Position numbers and translations under genes: made by a program. Below, piece after piece: positions 58,011-64,000 of a stretch of 64,000 bases of DNA; position 1 is the stretch's first letter; each line of letters starts with the position of its first letter. Origin of the DNA: an uncultured Gemmatimonadales bacterium (GTDB taxonomy: Bacteria; Gemmatimonadota; Gemmatimonadetes; Gemmatimonadales; GWC2-71-9); the NCBI GenBank assembly GCA_963771275.1, contig CAVYSW010000003.1:1088001-1152000 (forward strand), given 5' to 3'. The notes below the pieces were generated by a model that made no database searches, was not told where the DNA came from, and saw nothing but the letters and a program-made list of their open reading frames with translations.

Positions 58011-59336
58011 ATGCTGAGCCAGATGACGTTCCGCCACGGCGTGCATCCGCCCGAGCTGAAACAGCTCACGGCGCACGTCAAGATCCGGCGGCTGCCGTTT
58101 CCGCAGGAAGTCGTGCTGCCCCTGCTGCAGCACACGGGCAAGCCGGCCAAGCCTCTGGTGAAAGCAGGCGCCCGGGTCGAGCGCGGTGATCTCATTGCCG
58201 AGGCGGACGGCTGGGTCTCCTCGCCGGTCCACGCCTCGGCCAGCGGCACGGTCGCCGAGATCGGGTTGATGCCCCACCCGGACGGGACGTTCAAGCCGGC
58301 AATCCGCATCGCGGTCGAGCCGTTCTCCGCGCAGATCCCGCGCCCGCGCCTCGTGCCGGATTGGGAGGGGCTGTCACCCAAGGAGCTGATCGAGGCAATC
58401 CGGCATGCCGGGGTGGTGGGGCTCGGCGGCGCGGCGTTTCCGACGCACGTGAAGCTCTCGCCCCCGCCCGACAAGAAGATCGACCGGATCATCATCAACG
58501 GCTGCGAGTGCGAGCCGTACCTGACGACTGACCACCGGTCGATGGCCGAGTATCCGGAGCGCGTGCACCTGGGCATCCGGATCATGATGAAATGTCTCGG
58601 GGTGAATCGGGCGGTGATCGGCATCGAGAAGAACAAGCCCGACGCGATCGAGGCCCTCAGCCGGACCATGCCGTCAGACCTCGACGTCCGGATTCTGCCG
58701 CTCACGGTGAAGTACCCGCAGGGCGCGGAGAAAATGCTGATCGACGCCGTGACCGGTCACGAGGTTCCGTCGGGCAAGCTCCCGATGGACGTGGGCGTAC
58801 TGGTGCAGAACGCGGCGTCCGCCGCGACGATCGCGGAAGTGTTCGAGACCGGTCAGCCGCTCGTCGAGCGCATCGTCACGGTGACGGGACTCGGCGTGCA
58901 CCGGCCGTCGAACCTCATCGTTCCCGTGGGCACGAAGCTCGGCGACCTGATCGACGCGTGCGGCGGGCTGACCGAGGACGCCCGCGAGATCGTGTTTGGC
59001 GGGCCGATGATGGGGGCCGCCCAGGCGAACCTCGCGACGCCGCTCACCAAAGGCACGACCGGGGTGATCGTCCTGGCCGAGGGAGAGGTGAAGCAGCAGG
59101 AATCCTACCCCTGCATTCACTGTGGGCATTGCCTCGAGGCGTGCCCGGTGTTTCTCAATCCACAGCTGCTCGGCCGGCTCGCGGCGGCGGGACGCTACGA
59201 CGAGATGCAGGCGAATCATCTGGCCGACTGCATGCTGTGCGGCTGCTGCTCGTACGCTTGTCCCTCCAATATCCCGCTGTCGCAGCAGTTCGTGGCCGCC
59301 CGGGTTGCGCTGCGCCAGCGGAAGACGGCGGCATGA
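58011..59336 (+). CDS. rnfC: Rnf subunit C
   Basis: TF..GVHPP..K, QHTG.P, VHASASG, GLGGAAFPTHVK, NGCECEPYLT.D, KYPQGAEK, GGPMMG, CIHCGHC..ACP, CMLCGCC.YACP. Confidence 0.96.
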   Translation: MLSQMTFRHGVHPPELKQLTAHVKIRRLPFPQEVVLPLLQHTGKPAKPLVKAGARVERGDLIAEADGWVSSPVHASASGTVAEIGLMPHPDGTFKPAIRIAVEPFSAQIPRPRLVPDWEGLSPKELIEAIRHAGVVGLGGAAFPTHVKLSPPPDKKIDRIIINGCECEPYLTTDHRSMAEYPERVHLGIRIMMKCLGVNRAVIGIEKNKPDAIEALSRTMPSDLDVRILPLTVKYPQGAEKMLIDAVTGHEVPSGKLPMDVGVLVQNAASAATIAEVFETGQPLVERIVTVTGLGVHRPSNLIVPVGTKLGDLIDACGGLTEDAREIVFGGPMMGAAQANLATPLTKGTTGVIVLAEGEVKQQESYPCIHCGHCLEACPVFLNPQLLGRLAAAGRYDEMQANHLADCMLCGCCSYACPSNIPLSQQFVAARVALRQRKTAA

Positions 59337-60340
59337 GTCACTCCAGCTACCTGATCACGGCGTCTCCCCATCTCCGAAGCCCCGATTCCACGCCCAAAAT
59401 CATGTGGAGTGTGGTGGGGAGCCTCGTGCCGGTGATCGCCACGGCGACGTACCTGTTCGGGCCGAGCGCGGTGCTGGTGATCGCTGGCAGCACGGCCGGC
59501 GCCATGCTCACCGAGCGGCTGTTCGGCAAGCCCGGCGCCTGGCGCGACGGCTCGGCCATGATCACCGGACTGCTGCTCGGGCTGTGTCTGCCGGCGGGGA
59601 TGCCCCTGTGGATGCCCTTCCTGGGGGGCGTGTTCGGCATCGGCTTCGGCAAGCTGATCTTCGGCGGGCTGGGCCAGAACATCTTCAATCCCGCCCTGCT
59701 CGGACGCGCGTTTCTGCAGGCGGCGTTCCCTGTCGCGATCACGACCTGGCCGGCTATCGAGGGCGTCAAGTGGTGGTCGCTCCGCGGGGCGAATTTCGCG
59801 CTGCCGCTCATGAGTGGCGCGCAGGTCGATGCCGTCACCACGGCGACCCCGCTTGGCCTCATGAAATTCGAGCACACGGCGACCGCCGTGGGAGACCTCG
59901 CGTTCGGCAATGTGCCAGGCTCGCTCGGCGAGACCTCGGCGATCGTGATCCTGCTGTGCGGTGCCTACCTGGCGCTCCGCAACTACCTCAACTGGCGGAT
60001 CCCGGTGAGCATCCTGCTCACCGGGGCCGCGCTCAGCGGTGTGCTGCATCTGGTGAATGCGCAGTACCCAACCGCCGGGTTCATGCTGTTCTCCGGTGGG
60101 CTGATGCTGGGCGCCGTGTTCATGGCGACTGACATGGTGACCTCGCCCGTCACGAGTCTCGGCGCCTGGGTGTTCGGCGTCGGGGTCGGCCTGCTGGTGG
60201 TGGTGATCCGGATCTGGGGCGGGCTGCCCGAAGGTGTGATGTACGCCATTCTCATCATGAACGCGACCGTCCCCTCGATCAATCGGTTGACCCAGCCACG
60301 CGTCTTCGGTACGAGCCGGGCAAAGGCGGCCAGCCCATGA
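59333..60340 (+). CDS. rnfD: Rnf subunit D
   Basis: ASPH, DGSAMITGLLL, KLIFGGLGQNIFNPALLGR, TTATPL (FMN-Thr), GSLGETS, FMATD.VTSP, PEGVMYAIL. Confidence 0.96.
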   Translation: MSHSSYLITASPHLRSPDSTPKIMWSVVGSLVPVIATATYLFGPSAVLVIAGSTAGAMLTERLFGKPGAWRDGSAMITGLLLGLCLPAGMPLWMPFLGGVFGIGFGKLIFGGLGQNIFNPALLGRAFLQAAFPVAITTWPAIEGVKWWSLRGANFALPLMSGAQVDAVTTATPLGLMKFEHTATAVGDLAFGNVPGSLGETSAIVILLCGAYLALRNYLNWRIPVSILLTGAALSGVLHLVNAQYPTAGFMLFSGGLMLGAVFMATDMVTSPVTSLGAWVFGVGVGLLVVVIRIWGGLPEGVMYAILIMNATVPSINRLTQPRVFGTSRAKAASP

Positions 60341-61008
60341 CCGGCGGGCACGCGCACGCGGCGCCGCCGGCCGCGAGTCCCGCATCGGGCTCCACGGCCC
60401 GCAAGCTGATTCAGACCCTGGGCGGCCTGGGGCTCCTCGCCGGCCTCATCATCGTCGTCGCCTACGCCGTCACCCTGCCCCGCATCCAGGCGAACAAGGC
60501 CCGGGTGCTCGCGGCAGCCATCGACGAGGTGCTGGGCGCCCCAGCCCGCTACGACACGCTCTATGTGGTGCGGGACACGCTCAGCGCCACGCTGCCCGCC
60601 GGCGCGGATCCGGCGACCGCGGAGACGGTCTACCTCGGGTATCGCGCGGACAGCTCCGCGATCGGGTTCGCCGTGGTCGGCGAGGACCCCGGCTTCTCGG
60701 ACGTCGTGCGGCTGATCTTCGGCTACGACCCCCGCACGTCCAAGCTGCTGGGCATGAAGGTGTTGGAGGAGAAGGAGACGCCGGGCCTCGGCGACCGGAT
60801 CGAGAAGGACACCAGCTTCACCGGCGGATTCACCGACGCGGTGGCCCCCATCAAGGGCGTGAAGAAGGGGCAGGGCAAGCAGCCCAACGATGTCGACATG
60901 GTAACCGGGGCGACGATCTCGTCGCGCACGGTGATTCGCGCGATCAACAAGACTCTGGATCGGCTGAGGCCCGCCCTCGCCGCCCGCCTGCAGGAGGCCG
61001 CCCCGTGA
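60337..61008 (+). CDS. rnfG: Rnf subunit G
   Basis: N-terminal TM; ETPGLGDRI, VTGATISS (FMN-Thr). Confidence 0.93.
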   Translation: MTGGHAHAAPPAASPASGSTARKLIQTLGGLGLLAGLIIVVAYAVTLPRIQANKARVLAAAIDEVLGAPARYDTLYVVRDTLSATLPAGADPATAETVYLGYRADSSAIGFAVVGEDPGFSDVVRLIFGYDPRTSKLLGMKVLEEKETPGLGDRIEKDTSFTGGFTDAVAPIKGVKKGQGKQPNDVDMVTGATISSRTVIRAINKTLDRLRPALAARLQEAAP

Positions 61009-61667
61009 GCCCGGCCAAGCCAACGACCGCAACGCAGGATTTCATGCGCTGCGTGTGGAAGGAGAACCCGACCCTGGTGCAGTTGCTGGGGATGTGTCCC
61101 ACGCTCGCGGTCACCAACTCCGTCGCCAACTGCCTGGGCATGGGCACCGCCACGATGTTCGTGCTCGTGGGCTCGAGCTTCCTCGTGTCGGTTGTGCGCA
61201 AGGTGGTGCCCAACGAGGTGCGCATCTCCGCCTACATGCTGATCATCGCGACCTTCGTGACCGTGGCGGACATGGCGCTCGCCGCGGTGGCGCCCGGGGT
61301 CCACAAGGCGCTCGGCGCCTTCGTCGCGCTGATCGTGGTGAACTGCATCATCCTGGGCCGCGCGGAGGCCTTTGCCTCCAAGAACCCGGTGGGGCGGTCC
61401 GTGCTCGACGCCATCGGCAACGGCATCGGATTCACCTGGATGATGCTGGTGATGGGCTCGGTCCGCGAGGTGCTGGGCAACGGGACGTGGCTGGGCATGC
61501 GGGTGTTCGGCCCCCACTTCGAGCCCTGGATCATCATGATCCTGCCGCCGGGCGGGTTTCTGACGCTCGGGACGATCCTCCTCATCGTCGGCGCCGCGAA
61601 GTACCACCAGGCCGAGCGGGCCAAGGCACGCGAGCTGTCGCTGGCGATCGCGCGCGAGGCGGCCTGA
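61005..61667 (+). CDS. rnfE: Rnf subunit E
   Basis: ENP.LVQLLGMCPTLAVT, LIVVNCIILGRAEAFASKN, REVLG.G, PPGGF. Confidence 0.96.
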   Translation: MSPAKPTTATQDFMRCVWKENPTLVQLLGMCPTLAVTNSVANCLGMGTATMFVLVGSSFLVSVVRKVVPNEVRISAYMLIIATFVTVADMALAAVAPGVHKALGAFVALIVVNCIILGRAEAFASKNPVGRSVLDAIGNGIGFTWMMLVMGSVREVLGNGTWLGMRVFGPHFEPWIIMILPPGGFLTLGTILLIVGAAKYHQAERAKARELSLAIAREAA

Positions 61668-62248
61668 TGGGAAACCTCCTCTGGATTCTCGTCTCGACCG
61701 CGCTGGTCAACAACTTCACCCTGATGATGTTCCTGGGGCTGTGCCCGTTCCTCGGCGTCTCGAACAAGATCGACAGCGGGTTCCGCATGGGCCTCGCCAA
61801 CACGTTCGTGCTGGTGATGACGTCCATCGCCGTGTGGGTGCTCAACACCTACATCCTCAGGGCGGCGCCCTATCTCCAGCTCATTTCGTTCATCGTCGTG
61901 ATCGCCTCGCTCGTGCAGATCGTCGAGATGGTGATCAAGAAGCTGAGCCCGGCCCTGTTCCGGGCGCTGGGGATCTACCTGCCGCTCATCACGACCAATT
62001 GCGCGATCCTGGGGCTCGCGATCTTCCAGACCAATCGCGGGTACTCGCTGGTGGAGGGCATCTTCTTCGCCATCGGCGGCGGTCTCGGACTCATGCTCGC
62101 GCTCGTGCTCATGGCCTCGATTCGGGAATCGCTCGAGCTGGCGGACGTCCCGAAGGCCGCCCGCACCATGGGCCTCATCATGATCCTCGCCGGCTCGCTC
62201 TCCCTCGCGTTCATGGGCTTCGCGGGGCTGTTCAGCGCCACGTCATGA
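61667..62248 (+). CDS. rnfA: Rnf subunit A
   Basis: VNNF.L..FLGLCPFLGVS, IASLVQ.VEM, LGIYLPLITTNCAILG, LSLAFMGF. Confidence 0.96.
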   Translation: MGNLLWILVSTALVNNFTLMMFLGLCPFLGVSNKIDSGFRMGLANTFVLVMTSIAVWVLNTYILRAAPYLQLISFIVVIASLVQIVEMVIKKLSPALFRALGIYLPLITTNCAILGLAIFQTNRGYSLVEGIFFAIGGGLGLMLALVLMASIRESLELADVPKAARTMGLIMILAGSLSLAFMGFAGLFSATS

Positions 62249-62424
62249 TCCGTACCCTCATCGGCATCGCGGCCGTCGTCGCGCTCTTTCTGCTGTATGG
62301 CTGGTTGCAGTGGGGGCGGCCGCGCCATGGCTGCGGCAACTGCAGCTGTGGTGGCGACGTCTGCGAGCGCACCGGCGAGCCCCGCCATCTGGAACTCGTG
62401 GAGCACAAAGATGCCCGTTCCTGA
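62245..62424 (+). CDS. Small single-TM Cys-rich protein (59 aa)
   Basis: MIRTLIGIAAVVALFLLYGWL...HGCGNCSCGGDVC; ATGA overlap with rnfA and overlap with the apbE start. Confidence 0.75.
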   Translation: MIRTLIGIAAVVALFLLYGWLQWGRPRHGCGNCSCGGDVCERTGEPRHLELVEHKDARS

Positions 62425-63400
62425 AACCTCCGGGTCACTCCATCCCACGCGCCGGCAGTTCCTGGCGCTCGGCGTCGGCGCCTTCGTCGTCGGGACCGTT
62501 CCACTCGCGGGGCTCAGACGCCGCAGAGTGCGCCGCACGGTTCCGGTGATGGGGACCATCGCCGAGTTTGCGGTCGTGCACCGCAATCCGGTGTACGCCC
62601 ATGCCGCCATCGATGCCGCGATGGGCCGGCTGAATCTCGTGGAAACGCTGATGACGCGGTACAAGGACACCTCGGACATCGGCCGCGCGAACCTCGCCGG
62701 CAGGCGTGAGGCCGTCCACGTGACCGCGCAGACGGCGACGGTGCTGGCCGCTGCGCTGGGCTGGGCGGAATCCTCCGAGGGCGCGTTCGACCCCTGCATG
62801 GGATCGGCCATCGAGCTGTGGGATGTGGGACACCGACACCAGCCCCCGGCGGCGGACGCCGTGCGGCGTTTGGCGGGGCAGCGATTCTACCGCGACCTCG
62901 ACCTCGATCGCTGGCAAGGCCGTCCCGCGGCCCGGCTCACGGCGCGCGAGGCGCGGATCGACCTGGGCGGCATCGGTAAGGGCTACGGTGTGGATCAGGC
63001 CATCCAGATGCTCCGCGACTGGGGCATTCGCGACGCCATCGTGAACGTGGGCGGAGATCTCTACGCCATGGGGCGCTCCGAAGATGGCAACCCGTGGCGT
63101 ATTGGCGTGCGGTCACCGGCGAGCGCCACGGAGATGCTGGCGACGCTCGACGTCGAGGACCGGGCCGTCGCGACGTCCGGCGATTACCTGCAGTACTTCG
63201 AGTACCACGGGCGGCGCTACCATCACCTGCTTGACCCGGCCACCGCCGCCCCGCGCCTCTCCGCCATGCACAGCGTCACCGTCATGGCCGATGACTGCAT
63301 CACCGCGGACGCGGCCGCCACGGCGTGCTTCGGGCAGGACGTGGCGGCGAGCAACCGTTTGCTCACCAAGCGGTCGGCGCGTATCGTGCACCACGTGTAG
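62411..63400 (+). CDS. apbE: FAD:protein FMN transferase (Tat-exported)
   Basis: TRRQFL twin-arginine signal; MGT, GAFDP, DLGGIGKGY.VD, GGD, W.IGV, ATSGDY, YHHLLDP, ADAAATA. Confidence 0.95.
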   Translation: MPVPETSGSLHPTRRQFLALGVGAFVVGTVPLAGLRRRRVRRTVPVMGTIAEFAVVHRNPVYAHAAIDAAMGRLNLVETLMTRYKDTSDIGRANLAGRREAVHVTAQTATVLAAALGWAESSEGAFDPCMGSAIELWDVGHRHQPPAADAVRRLAGQRFYRDLDLDRWQGRPAARLTAREARIDLGGIGKGYGVDQAIQMLRDWGIRDAIVNVGGDLYAMGRSEDGNPWRIGVRSPASATEMLATLDVEDRAVATSGDYLQYFEYHGRRYHHLLDPATAAPRLSAMHSVTVMADDCITADAAATACFGQDVAASNRLLTKRSARIVHHV

Positions 63401-63441
63401 GCTCCGCGGCAGCACGGTCCGGTCGCGCAGGGAGGCTCCCC

Positions 63442-64000
63442 ATGGTGGAAACGCTCGAGGGGCGTGTCGCGCTCGTGACGGGCGGGACCGGAGCCCTGGG
63501 GCGCGCCGTCGTCGCGCGACTCGCCGCGGGCGGGGCGGACGTGTACGCCTCGTGGGTGACCGAGGCGGAGGCCGCTGATCTCGAGTCGGCGTTGGGCCGG
63601 GACGCCCAACGGGTCCACCTGCGTCGAGCGGATGTCACGGATCCCGCCTCCGTCGATCAACTGGTCTCGGGCGTGACGGACTCGGCGGGCCGCCTCGACA
63701 TCCTGGCTAACATCGTAGGCGGGTTTGCCTTCGCTTCGCTCGAGGAGACCGCGCCGGCCATGTGGCAGCGTATGCTCGCGCTCAACGCGACCAGCGCGTT
63801 CCTCTGCTGTCGCGCGGCGGCGCCCGCGATGCGCCGACGGCGTTGGGGTCGGATCCTGAACGTAGCCGCGGTGCCGGCGCTCGAGCGCGGCGCGGCCGGC
63901 ATGAGTGCATACGCCGCCTCCAAGGCCGCGGTGCTCAACCTCACCTACTCGCTCGCCAAGGAGCTCGTACCGCACGGCATCACGGTGAACGCGATCGTGC
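63442..64000 (+). CDS. SDR family NAD(P)-dependent oxidoreductase (3'-partial)
   Basis: SD GGAGG; MVETLEGRVALVTGGTGALG...LDILAN..GG...YAASKAA...LAKEL...GITVNAI; runs off the window end. Confidence 0.93.
   Translation, partial: MVETLEGRVALVTGGTGALGRAVVARLAAGGADVYASWVTEAEAADLESALGRDAQRVHLRRADVTDPASVDQLVSGVTDSAGRLDILANIVGGFAFASLEETAPAMWQRMLALNATSAFLCCRAAAPAMRRRRWGRILNVAAVPALERGAAGMSAYAASKAAVLNLTYSLAKELVPHGITVNAIV

Overview
High-GC (~70% by eye) bacterial chromosome segment, probably Gemmatimonadota (inferred from gene content such as the GWxTD lipoprotein, Ig-like repeat protein and pseudo-receiver AraC; not proven). It starts at the replication origin: the 3' end of dnaA, an oriC-like dnaA-dnaN spacer with a DnaA-box/GC/DnaA-trio unwinding module, and dnaN. 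Housekeeping and envelope genes follow (rnpB, pyrE, Ser/Thr kinase, GWxTD protein, lytic transglycosylase, csp, polA, MMPL, peptidases, rnd, cyclophilin). The middle holds accessory hydrolases and small proteins, an archaeal-type HMG-CoA synthase/thiolase/DUF35 triad and a frameshifted MFS gene. The last ~19 kb is an anaerobic-type energy cluster: one 2-oxoacid:ferredoxin oxidoreductase pair, then a tightly coupled operon of a second alpha/beta pair, an unknown protein, rnfB, a ~1685 aa PFOR with insertions and a fused C-terminal ferredoxin, rnfCDGEA, a small Cys-rich membrane protein and apbE. The unknown protein is visibly a degenerate copy of part of the PFOR's TPP-binding domain. This putative OFOR/PFOR-Rnf supercomplex with a pseudo-enzyme adaptor is the best candidate for an under-described system. 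No CRISPR array, tRNA, rRNA or mobile element was seen. All assignments are from motif recognition by eye; no searches were run.
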